Positions 17,681 to 27,700 of a stretch of 64,000 nt of DNA are shown one piece after another. Position 1 is the stretch's first letter, and each line of letters opens with the position of its first letter. The position numbers and the translations under genes were made by a program. Source of the stretch: an uncultured Enterobacteriaceae bacterium (GTDB taxonomy: Bacteria > Pseudomonadota > Gammaproteobacteria > Eutrophobiales > Eutrophobiaceae); assembly GCA_964509455.1 (NCBI GenBank), contig CAZDXS010000075.1, forward strand, positions 7,131 through 71,130, written 5' to 3'. The notes under the pieces are model-generated. The model was not told where the DNA came from. It did not search any database and saw nothing but the letters and a program-made list of their open reading frames with translations.

Positions 17681-18403
17681 GGCAATGCGCCGCAGAACCT
17701 GTTCCATGTTGGCAGGCCGGGCGGACTGCCCCGCCAGGGCGACGGCATGGCGATAATAACCCAGCGCCGCCGCGCCGTAGCCCAACCGGTCCAGGCTGAC
17801 GGCCAGGTTCAGGGCGTGGGCGGGGTTGGCGGGGTCCAGCCGGTAGGCGTCGAAAAAGGACTGTTGCGCCTGGGGCCAGTGCGCTTGCGCCGCCTGGATG
17901 CGACCCAGGGTGAAATGCAAAAAGGAGTCATTCGGATGCTGTTGCAACAGCCCCTTGATGAGGTCTTCCTCGCGCCGTCCCGGCCGGGCGCGCCCAATGC
18001 TGATCAATGCCGCACGGGGCAGTGCGTCCTGCGGATCCCGCAGCGCCAGGCGGCGGTACAGGGCGGCGGCCGTGTCCACGTCGTTGGCCGCCAGGGCGCA
18101 GGCCGCCAGCCCCAACATCGCGTCGCGGTTGTGCGGGGCGACCCGCAGGGCCGCGGCGTAGGCGCGGGCGGCGGCGGCCGGGTCGCCGGCCTGGTAGGTC
18201 TGGTACGCCGCGGCAATCATGTCGTCTGCCTCTGCCGGCGCTTGGGTGCGGGTGATTGCGAGCGCGGCGTCCGCCGCCCCGGGCGCGGCAAGCGGGGCGG
18301 CGCCCGGCAACAAGACGGCCGCCAGCAACGCCAGGGGCGCACGGCAACGCAACGCCCGGCGTCTGCCCGCCGCCCATGCCGTGCCCAGGTTGCCGACGCT
18401 CAT
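17654..18403 (-). CDS. TPR-repeat protein (MshN-like pilus biogenesis protein) with a signal peptide
   Basis: TPR-like helices are visible (AYQTYQAGDPAAAARAYAAALRVAPHN...). It sits between the secretin and the ATPase. Confidence 0.65.
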   Translation of the reverse strand: MSVGNLGTAWAAGRRRALRCRAPLALLAAVLLPGAAPLAAPGAADAALAITRTQAPAEADDMIAAAYQTYQAGDPAAAARAYAAALRVAPHNRDAMLGLAACALAANDVDTAAALYRRLALRDPQDALPRAALISIGRARPGRREEDLIKGLLQQHPNDSFLHFTLGRIQAAQAHWPQAQQSFFDAYRLDPANPAHALNLAVSLDRLGYGAAALGYYRHAVALAGQSARPANMEQVLRRIAALSGGQRP

Positions 18404-20079
18404 CGCTTCTCTCCGGGGAAAAACGCCTTGTAGGCGCTAAAGTCCCCGTCCAGGCCGGGGTTGCGGATGATGAGGGGGCGCAGGAAAACGACCAGCTCGG
18501 TTTTCTCGCGCTCGCGCTGTTGCGTGCGGAACGCGGCCCCTAAGAGCGGAATGCGGGAAAGCCCGGGGATCGCGTTGTTGCGGCCGCGGTCTTCATTTTG
18601 CATTAGCCCGCCCATGACCGCCACCTGGCCGTCGTTCAGTTGCAGCACGGATTCCATTTCCCGCACGCGGATTTCCGGCACCGGGCTGGCGATGGTCAAG
18701 GCCGGGTTGGGGTCGTTGACGAAACGGTTAATGCGGGAGATGCTGGGACGCACATTGAGGATGACGGAATCATCGGCGTTGATTCGCGGCGTGATGGTCA
18801 TCACGATGCCCACCGGCACGGTTTTTACAACGGTTTCGAAAGCGTTGGTGGCCACGCCCTGGGTGGTACTGGTCTCCTGCTCTATTTCAAAATAAACCAC
18901 GTTGTCGACCACTTTCAGGATGGCGGACTGGTTGTTCAGCGCCATGATTTGCGGACTGGACAACACGTTCACGTCGCCGAACTCCTCTAACAGCCGGAGC
19001 GCGGCGCTGAGGGCGCGGCCGCGTCCCGGGTCGTTGTCGTCGTAGCGCAGGGAGAAAAAGGAGGCGGTGTTGACCGGCGGCGACGTGATGGTGCTGGAAA
19101 CCGCGCTCAACCCCTCCAGCCCGGCCTGGTTCAGGACCTGCCAGTCAATGCCGGCCTGGTGCTGGTTCGACAGCCCCACTTCCACGATGGTCGCCTGTAT
19201 CAGCACCTGGCGGGCGGCGCTGCGCCGGGTCTCCGCCAGCAATTGTTGCACCAGCTCGTGTTGGGCCGCGGTCGCTTTCACGACCAGCACGCCCGATTCG
19301 GGATGGGGGATGACGGCATGGCTGACGCCCGACCCGTCGGTTTCGGACGCACCGGGTGCGCCGTGCGGTTCCAGGACGGCGGAGACGCTCGCGACCAGGT
19401 TGGCCCAAAAGTGGTTGGTCAGGGCGCTGGCAATGGTGGTGGCGGAGTTGTTGGCGGCGGCGCCGGCCGCCGCGCCGCCGGTTGCACCGGCGCTGGCGAT
19501 TTGCGACCCCACTTGCACCACGTGGGACGTGTCCCGCTTCATGTCCAGGTAGTCAACCCGGTACGTGTGGAAATACGGCTCGTCGGGGGTGATGAGCACG
19601 TTGGCGCCGTCCAGCGTGTAGCGCAGGCTGAGTTGCGCCGCTATGCGCCGCAACAGTTGCGGCAGGGTCTGCTCCACCGCGTTCATGGTGACGGCGCCGG
19701 CAACGCCCGGGGCGATGTCCACGTTCACCCGCGCGTCCCGCGCCAGGGCGAACAACAGCTCCCGCACGGGGACTTCGTTGACCACCACCGTGTATTTTTC
19801 TTGGGGGCGCGGCGGCGCCGGCGGCGGCACGGGCGGCGTCTGCCCGACAATGGCGGGAATGGCGGCGGGCGCGGGCGCGGCAACGGCGGGTGCGGCGATA
19901 TGACCCGCAGAGGGCGTTATCGGGCTTGGGGCGAACGGGGCGCAGGCGGCGCCGGCCAGGCAACAAGCAAGGAGTGGGAAAAAACGGCGGCCAGCGGCCC
20001 TGCCCCTCCCGGCTCCAAAAAACGATCCATACGCAAACGCGCCGATCCGATGCGGTAATCCACAATACAGAGATCCCAT
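18400..20079 (-). CDS. Secretin (PilQ/GspD/MshL family), lipoprotein-type N-terminus
   Basis: The secretin C-domain is present (VLSSPQIMALNNQSAILKVVDNVVYFEIEQ..., GLSRIPLLG). A lipobox-like LLACCLAGAAC lies at the N-terminus. The exact start is uncertain. Confidence 0.85.
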   Translation of the reverse strand: MGSLYCGLPHRIGAFAYGSFFGAGRGRAAGRRFFPLLACCLAGAACAPFAPSPITPSAGHIAAPAVAAPAPAAIPAIVGQTPPVPPPAPPRPQEKYTVVVNEVPVRELLFALARDARVNVDIAPGVAGAVTMNAVEQTLPQLLRRIAAQLSLRYTLDGANVLITPDEPYFHTYRVDYLDMKRDTSHVVQVGSQIASAGATGGAAAGAAANNSATTIASALTNHFWANLVASVSAVLEPHGAPGASETDGSGVSHAVIPHPESGVLVVKATAAQHELVQQLLAETRRSAARQVLIQATIVEVGLSNQHQAGIDWQVLNQAGLEGLSAVSSTITSPPVNTASFFSLRYDDNDPGRGRALSAALRLLEEFGDVNVLSSPQIMALNNQSAILKVVDNVVYFEIEQETSTTQGVATNAFETVVKTVPVGIVMTITPRINADDSVILNVRPSISRINRFVNDPNPALTIASPVPEIRVREMESVLQLNDGQVAVMGGLMQNEDRGRNNAIPGLSRIPLLGAAFRTQQREREKTELVVFLRPLIIRNPGLDGDFSAYKAFFPGEKR

Positions 20080-20199
20080 GGGGCTCCCTTGTCTTCCTCA
20101 TGCGGCGGACCAAAGGTCGCGCCAACCCTACGAATGGGGGGCAGTATACACGGGGCTTTTGCGCATTGCAAGTAAAATTTTCGGCGGGGCGGGATGTAG

Positions 20200-20440
20200 C
20201 GGGCGGCGCTCGCCGGAGGCGGAAACGGTGCTACGGCACACGGCTCAACCCGATGCCGGGGCCGGGAACGGCGGCGGGCGGCGCTCGCCGGGGGCGGAAA
20301 CGGTGCTACGGCACATGGCTCAACCCGATGCCGGGGCCGGGAACGGCGGCGGCGCAACGGGTCGCTCCGGGCGGCCGGGAGCGGGCCGGCGGCGGCCGGC
20401 GGCCGGGCGCGGCAGCGCGCGGCTCAGCCCGATGCCGGGC
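20200..20440. repeat. About 71-bp direct repeat (2 full copies and 1 partial) derived from the 3' end of the EamA gene
   Basis: gcggcgctcgccgg.ggcggaaacggtgctacggcaca.ggctcaacccgatgccggggccgggaacggcgg occurs twice. The copies resemble the EamA stop region tcagcccgatgccgggcgcag. Confidence 0.75.
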
Positions 20441-21368
20441 GCAGTGCCAGGAATATGCCGGCGGCAATCAGCGCCGCACAGATGACGTGATAGACGTACA
20501 GGCGCTCGCCCAGGAGCGTCACCGCCAACAATGTTGCGAAAACGGGCACCAGGTTAATGAACAGGGCGGCGCGGCCGGGGCCAACGGCCCGGTTGCCGTA
20601 GTTCCACGCCAGCATGCCCAGCACGGAGGTCGCCAGCGCCAGGACGGCGATGGCGGATACGGCCGCGGCGGTGAACGGCACAGGCTTGTAAAACAGCGTT
20701 TCAGCAACATACGCGGGCGCCAGCGCCAGGCAACCCGTTACGATGATGGCGAACAGGGTTTCCGCGGCCGTCAGCCCCGCTGGTATTTTTCGCAGGTTGA
20801 GCGCATACAGCGCGGCGCTGACGGCGGCCAGCAACACCAGCAGGTCGCCGCCGTTGAACTGCAGGCCCAGCAAGCGCCCGGGGTCCATTGCCGTGATCAT
20901 CGCCGTAACGCCGACCAGCCCCAGCGCAACCCCGACCAGTTGCATCGGGCGCGACCGGTCGCGCAACCACAGCGCCGCCAGCAACACGGTGAACACGGGT
21001 TGCGTGGCGTTGATGATGGACGAGTTGATGGCCGTGGTGAAACGCACGCCCACCAGCATCAACGTGGTGCTGAACAGCATCAGGCAACCCAGCAGGGCGA
21101 AAGAGCGGAGATGGGCGAGGATGAGCGGCGCACTGACCCGCAACCGGGGATAAATCACCGGAAGCAGGAGCAAGGCGCCCCCCAGCCAGCGCCAGAAAGA
21201 CAGGCCCACGGGCGGCACTTCCGCCCGTGCGCCGCGCCCCACCACGTGGGAGACGGCAAAAGAAAACGCGGCAAAAGCCAGCGCCAGGCAGGCAAGCGCC
21301 GCCGCGCCGGGCGAACGAACATCGCCGGTGGTTGCCCCAGGCGGGGCGGAAGAGTCGTTGCCTCGCAT
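20424..21368 (-). CDS. EamA/DMT-family transporter (10 TM helices)
   Basis: Duplicated EamA domains are present. The start was taken at MRGNDSS..., because the ORF-track N-terminal extension overlaps the tRNA. Confidence 0.7.
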   Translation of the reverse strand: MRGNDSSAPPGATTGDVRSPGAAALACLALAFAAFSFAVSHVVGRGARAEVPPVGLSFWRWLGGALLLLPVIYPRLRVSAPLILAHLRSFALLGCLMLFSTTLMLVGVRFTTAINSSIINATQPVFTVLLAALWLRDRSRPMQLVGVALGLVGVTAMITAMDPGRLLGLQFNGGDLLVLLAAVSAALYALNLRKIPAGLTAAETLFAIIVTGCLALAPAYVAETLFYKPVPFTAAAVSAIAVLALATSVLGMLAWNYGNRAVGPGRAALFINLVPVFATLLAVTLLGERLYVYHVICAALIAAGIFLALRPASG

Positions 21369-21377
21369 TGCAGTGAA

Positions 21378-21464
21378 TGGTGCCGGGAGAGAGAATCGAA
21401 CTCTCACTCTGTTGCCAGAACCGGATTTTGAGTCCGGCGCGTCTACCAGTTCCGCCACCCCGGC
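21378..21464 (-). tRNA. tRNA-Leu (anticodon CAA), type II with a long variable arm and encoded CCA
   Basis: The reverse complement reads GCCGGGGTGGCGGAACTGGTAGACGCGCCGGACTCAAAATCCGG(TTCTGGCAACAGAGTGAGAG)TTCGATTCTCTCTCCCGGCACCA. It folds as a cloverleaf. Confidence 0.85.
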
Positions 21465-21791
21465 TGCCGAAAAAACAGGATGGACGGTGGATTATAAGGA
21501 AACCCGGGGAATTGTTAAAGGGAATTATGAACTGCGGCGGCCGGGCGGCCGGATGCCGCTCACAAAACGCCGGGCGGGCGCGGCCGGGCGGCAAGAACAG
21601 CGGCAGGCGGCTGGGCGGGCATTGGAAACACTACGGGGACGGGGGCATCCCTGCAGTCCGACAGGGGAAGCTCTGTGCGGCACGCACCCTGGGAAGCGTC
21701 CGCCAAGCGTTTACATCGCACGCGGGGGCGCGTCTCCCGCACGGATGAAAACCCGACGCCCGAACCAGCGCCGGGCGGTACGGGGTATCGG

Positions 21792-24700
21792 TCAGGCGGT
21801 AACCAGAGCTACGTCCGGATCCACGATGAAACTGCCGGCGGCGCCGGCGTACTGCTCGTAGTTCTCGCCGGCCACGGCGACATCGTCGCCCCGGGTGAAG
21901 TCGTCCAGGTCAAAACGCAGGGTGTCGTCGCCATCGCCGTCGATGCGAAGCTGATAGTTGCCGTCGCCGGCCGCCAGGACTGCCAGCGCTTCGGCGGAAA
22001 TGGTCAGGTCCGTGCTGCCGGCGCCTGCGCCCGCTAAGTCGATGTGCGCAACGCCCGCCAGGAGAGTGGCATCCACGGGAAGAAGCGCGGCGGCGGAGCC
22101 TGCCGATGCCGCGGTCTGCAACTCGGACACGACATCGAGGCCCGCAGAGTACGTAAAGCCGTCCAAGGCGCCGGGGCCGGCATTGCTCCAGCCGGACGCC
22201 AACAGCAAACCGTCCCCATCGTGAAAAGCCACCGTGTAGGCGGGGCCGGCGCCCAACAACGTTATCGTGTGCACCACCGGGTTGCCGGCGGCGCCCCACT
22301 GCCCGTGGAACTCCAGCCGCTCCAGCATGCCGTCGTTGTCGCTGTCGTAACCCACCCAGTCCGGCTTGCCGTTGGCGTCGTGGTCATAGCGGTGTTCGTC
22401 GATGGCGCCGTCCCCGTCCTCATCAACACTGGAGCGTTCCACGATGCCGTCATCGCCCTCATCGTAATCGGTGCGCACCACGGCGCCGGCCGCATTGCGC
22501 GTGTAGATCTCGGAGCGAATGACGGCGCCCTCTCCCATGTCATCCAACATGGCCTCAAACAGAGTGCGCACGACGGCCTCGTCAGCGGCAATGGTTTCCT
22601 GGCCGGCAACGCCCCGCGCACCGGGGCCGCCAGCGGCAGAGCGCCCCAGGCTGCCGCCGCCCGCTTCTCCGGATGCGGGGCCCTCGTCCTCGGCAGGCTC
22701 GCCGCTGAATACCATCACTTTCTTGGTCAGCCGCCCCTGGGCGTCGTAGGTATAGGTCTCGATGCGGTCCAGCGTGCCGTCGCCCTCATCATCGAACGTT
22801 GCTCGGTCCGTGGTCCCGTCCGCATCGTCATCGTAATCGGTCTGGATGACGTCCCCGGCGGCGTTCCGCACGTAGGACTCGGTGCGGTCCACCGTGCCGT
22901 CGCCCTCATCATCGAACGCGGCTCGGTCCGTGGTCCCGTCCGCGTCGTCATCAAAATCGGTCTGAATGACGTCCCCGGCGGCGTTCCGCGCGTAGGACTC
23001 GGTGCGGTCAACGCCGCCGTTCGCATCGTCATCAAAGTCCGTGCGAGTGATGTTGCCCTCGGCATCCCGCGCGTAGGCATCAATGCGGTCCGCCGTGCCG
23101 TCCCCATCGTCATCAAAGCGGGTGCGGATTATCTCGCCATTGGCGCCCCGCCGCACATAGTGCTCGATACTGGTGCGGATTATCTCGCCATTGGCGTCCC
23201 GCGTGAACGTCTCGGCGCGATAAGTATAGATATCCTGGTCCCGCAAACGGGGCATGGCGCCAAAAAAGGAAGAACTCTCATAACGGGCAAACTCGGTGCG
23301 GATGACATGGCCGGCGGCATCCCGCGTGTGGGTCTCAAGGGAGTATCTCGTATCCCCCACCCACGATGTCCGATAGAGGTCCCGATCAATATAGCCGTCC
23401 GCATCATCATCGTACTCGGCACGGACTAAAATGCGACCGCCCAACCACCTCCTGTAGGTCTCAATTCGGTCAACAACGCCGTCCGCATTCGGGTCGAAGT
23501 GGGCGCGATCCGCCGTGCGGTCCGCATCGTCATAGAAATCCGTGCGAGTGACGTCGCCCTCGGCATTTCGCGTATAGGACTCCCTACGGTCAGCGACGCC
23601 GTCCCCATCGTCATCGTAACTGGCGTGGATGATACGGCCATTGGCATCCCGCACGAAAGTCTCGAAGCGGTCAGTATCGTAGTCCGCATCATCATCGTGG
23701 TGAACGCGGTCAATACGGCCGTCATCATCGTCATCAAAATCGGAGCGGATGCCAACCCGCTTGCCGGCGCCGTCCCGCGCGTAGGATTCAATGCGCTCAG
23801 CGGTGCCGTCCCCATCCTTATCGTGACTGGCGCGGGCAACCCTGCCATTGGCGTCTCGCTCGTATGTCACGACGCGCTCAGCAGTACCATCCCCATTATC
23901 ATCGTAGCTTTCGCGGATTATTTCGCCATTGGCGTCCCGCGTGAACGTCGCGATGCGGTCCGCGACGCCGTCCGCACCGTTGTCAGTCTTGGTCCGGATG
24001 ATACGACCGGCGGCGTCCCGCTCATGAGTTATGATGCGAAAAGGGTCGACATCCCGCAAAAACACAGAGGGCAGGGTGCCATACGCGAATAGGTCGGGCC
24101 CATAACGAGCAAGTTCGGTGCGGATGATATGACCGTCGGCATCCCGCGCGTAGGTACTAAGGAGACTCCCATGGAGTTCCCGGTCAACATAGCCGTCCGC
24201 ATCATCATCGTACTCGGCGCGGTGTAATCCGCGACGACCATTGGCTCCCCACACGTAGGTCTCAATACGGTCAACAACGCCGTCCGCATTCGGGTCGAAG
24301 TGGGAGCGATCATAATAGCCGTGCGCACCGTCATAGAAATCCGTGCGAGTGACGTTGCCATCGACATTCCGCGTATAGGCCTCCCTGCGGTCAATGACGC
24401 CGTTTGCATCGTCATCGAAATCGATGCGAACCAACCAGCCTTTGCTGTCCCGCGTGAACGTCTCGGTGCGGTCCGCGTTGCCGTCCGCGTCCAGGTCGAT
24501 GCCAGCACGGTCCATGAGGCCGTCCCCATCCTCATCAAAGTCGGTGCGAGTTATCCCGCCATTGGCGTCCCGCGTGTATGTCGAGGTCACGACGCGATCA
24601 ACAGTGCCGTCCCCATTATCGTCGTGGCGGACGCGGTCGCGGTCGGCACGGCCGTCATTATCGTCATCGAAAACGGCGCGGATTACTTCGCCGTTGGCGT

Positions 24701-27700
24701 CCCGGGTGTATGTCGCGACGCGATCAGCGGCGCCGTCCCCATCCTCATCGTAACTGGTGCGGACTATTGCGCCGTTGGCGTCCCGCGCGTATGTGACGAC
24801 GCGGTCAGCAGTACCGTCCCCATCCTCATCGTAACTGGCGCGGATTATTGCGCCGTTGGCGTCCCGCGTGAACGTCTCGGTACGGTCCACGGAGCCGTCG
24901 GCGTCATCATCAAAATCGGTGCGAGTCACGCGGCCGTCATTGTCCCGCACGTAGAACCCGATGCGGTCCGCCGTGCCGTCGGCATTCGGGTCGAAATGGT
25001 CGCGGTCAACACGGCCGTCCGCATCATCATCGAAGCCGGTGCGGATTATCCCGCCATTGGCGTCCCGCGTAAACGTCTCGGCACGGTCCACGGCGCCGTC
25101 CGCGTCATCATCAAAATCGGTGCGAATTATGCGGTTGTGGCTGTCCCGCGTGTGGGTCTCGATGCGGTCCGCCGTGCCGTCGGCATTCGGGTCGAAATGG
25201 TCGCGGTCAACCTGCCAGTCCGCATCATCATCGAAGCCGGTGCGGATGATTTCTTTACCATCGTTTCGTTGGTAGGTCTCACCGCGGTCAAAAATGCCGT
25301 CGCCATCCAGATCAAAGAAAATCCAATCGATATGACCATCCAGATCCACATCGGTTCCGTATGTGAGTGCGGGCGGAATGTGCGGCAACCCAGTTTGTCT
25401 CGGCGCCTCGGTGCGGTCCGCCGTGCCGTCGGCATCGTCATCAAAATCGGTCCGTATCACGGCCCCGGCCTCATTCAGCGTATACGTCTCGGTGCGGTCC
25501 GCCGTGCCGTCGACATCGTCATCGAAGTCCGTCCGTATTACGGCCCCGGCCTCATTCCGCGCATACGTCTCGGCGCGGTCCGCCGTGCCGTCGACATCGT
25601 CATCGAAGTCCGTCCGCATTACGGCCCCGGCCTCATTCCGCGCATACGTCTCGGCGCGGTCCGCCGTGCCGTCGACATCGTCATCGAAGTCCGTCCGTAT
25701 TACGGCCCCGGCTTCATTCCGCGCATACGTCTCGGCGCGGTCCGTCGTGCCGTCCGCATCGTCATCGAAGTCCGTCCGTATTACGGCCCCGACTTCGTTC
25801 CGCACGTAGGTCTCGGTGCGCTCCGCCGGCGCCTGGTAGCGCAGGATGCCTCTCTTATCCGCGCCGAATACAAGTTCCGGCGCCTGGTCTCCGTCCAGGT
25901 CCGCAAATGTCGGCGCGGTGTCTCTAAAGCGACCAGCCTCGTCATAAACAGGGATGGAAGCAACGCCCAGCATCGGCGTAAACGCCGGCGCCTCAGCGTT
26001 GCCGGTGTTCTCAAAGTAGTCGAAGCCGCCTTTTCTCCCGCCCACCACCAGATCCAGGTCGCCATCGCCGTCCAGATCTGCGAACGCCGGCGTGGAATCA
26101 CGCCCGCCGCCAATGTCATGGAAAGGGTTGGCGCCGGCGCTCGTACGCTCCACAAACGTCGGAGTCGACGCGCTCCCCGTGTTCTCATAATAGCCGATGC
26201 CGCCGTCTCCCTTGCCCACTGCCAGGTCCAGGTCGCCGTCGCCGTCCAAGTCTGCGAATGTCGGGGCGGAACGACGCTCCTCAATGCCATGAAAAGGATT
26301 GTCGGCGGCGCCCGTTCGCTCTACAAACGTCGGGGCCGAGGCGTCGCCCGTGTTCTCATAATAGTCGATGGCGCGATCATGTATGCCCACCACCAGGTCC
26401 AGGTCCCCATCGCCGTCCAGGTCTGCGAGGGCCGGCGCGGCATTGTTAGAGTCGTACTCCCCCTCCGCATCTATGCCGTAAAAGGGATTGTTCGCGCCCT
26501 CCAGCGCCGTGAGCGTCAAGGCGCCGGCAAGGCCGCCGGTCTCATCATAGACGCTGTCGTTGCGGTAGTAATGCAAGGCATCGGAGTCGTCCTCGCCCAC
26601 CGCCAGGTCCAGGTCCCCATCACCGTCCAGGTCCGCGAATGTCGGCTTGACAGACCAATAGATACCGCCGAGTATGTTGTCGGCAACGGGTAGATTGGCG
26701 CCGACAACGGGTATAGTGTTGCCGAGGGTGAAGAGGCGGCTCCGGTCGGCATGATCATCGCCGTTGTCATCGAAGTCGATGCGATACAACTCGCCGTTGT
26801 CATTCCGCACGTAGGTCTCGGAGCGGTCCACCGCGCCGTCTGCGTCCGGGTCGAAGCGAACGCGATCAACGAGGCCGTCCAAATCGTCATCGAAATCTGT
26901 GCGGACTATGCCGCCATTGCTGTCCCGCGTGAACGACTCGATGCGGCCACCGTGGTAAACATGGTCGATATGGCCGTCCGCATCGTCATCGTATCCGGTG
27001 CGGACGATACGGCCGTTGGCGTCCCGCGTGAATGTCTTGATGCGGTCACCGTAGTTGACACGGTCGATATGGCCGTCCGCATCGTCATCGTAATCGGTGC
27101 GGACGATATGTCCATTGGCGTCCCGTGCAAACGTCTCGGTGCGGTCCACCGCGCCGTCGGCGCCGTCATCGAAATCGATGCGGATAATGTTCTCGGCACG
27201 GTTTCGCACGTAGGACTCAACGCGGTCCACCGTGCCGTCCGCGTCCGGGTCGAAGCGGACGCGGTCGCTGTAGCCATCCAAATCGTCATCGAAATCAGTG
27301 CGGACTATGCCGCCATTGCTGTCCCGCGTAAAAGTTTCGGTGCGGTCAACGACGCCATTACCATCGTCATCGTGGCGGGCGCGGTCGATATGGCCGTCAT
27401 CATCGTCATCGAAGTCGATGCGGACGCCAACCAGATCGCCATTGGCGTCCCGCACGTAAGACTCAATGCGATCAACAGTACCGTCCCCATCATCATCAAA
27501 ACTGGTGCGCTCGATCGCGCCATTGGCGTCCCGAACGTAAGACTCAATGCGCTCAGCAACGCCGTCTCCGTCATCATCAAAATTGGTGCGCGCGATCGCG
27601 CCATTGGCGTCCCGCACGTAAGCCTCAATGCGGTCAGCAACGCCGTCTCCGTCATCGTCAAAATTGGTGCGAGCGATCGCGCCATTGGCGTCCCGCACGT

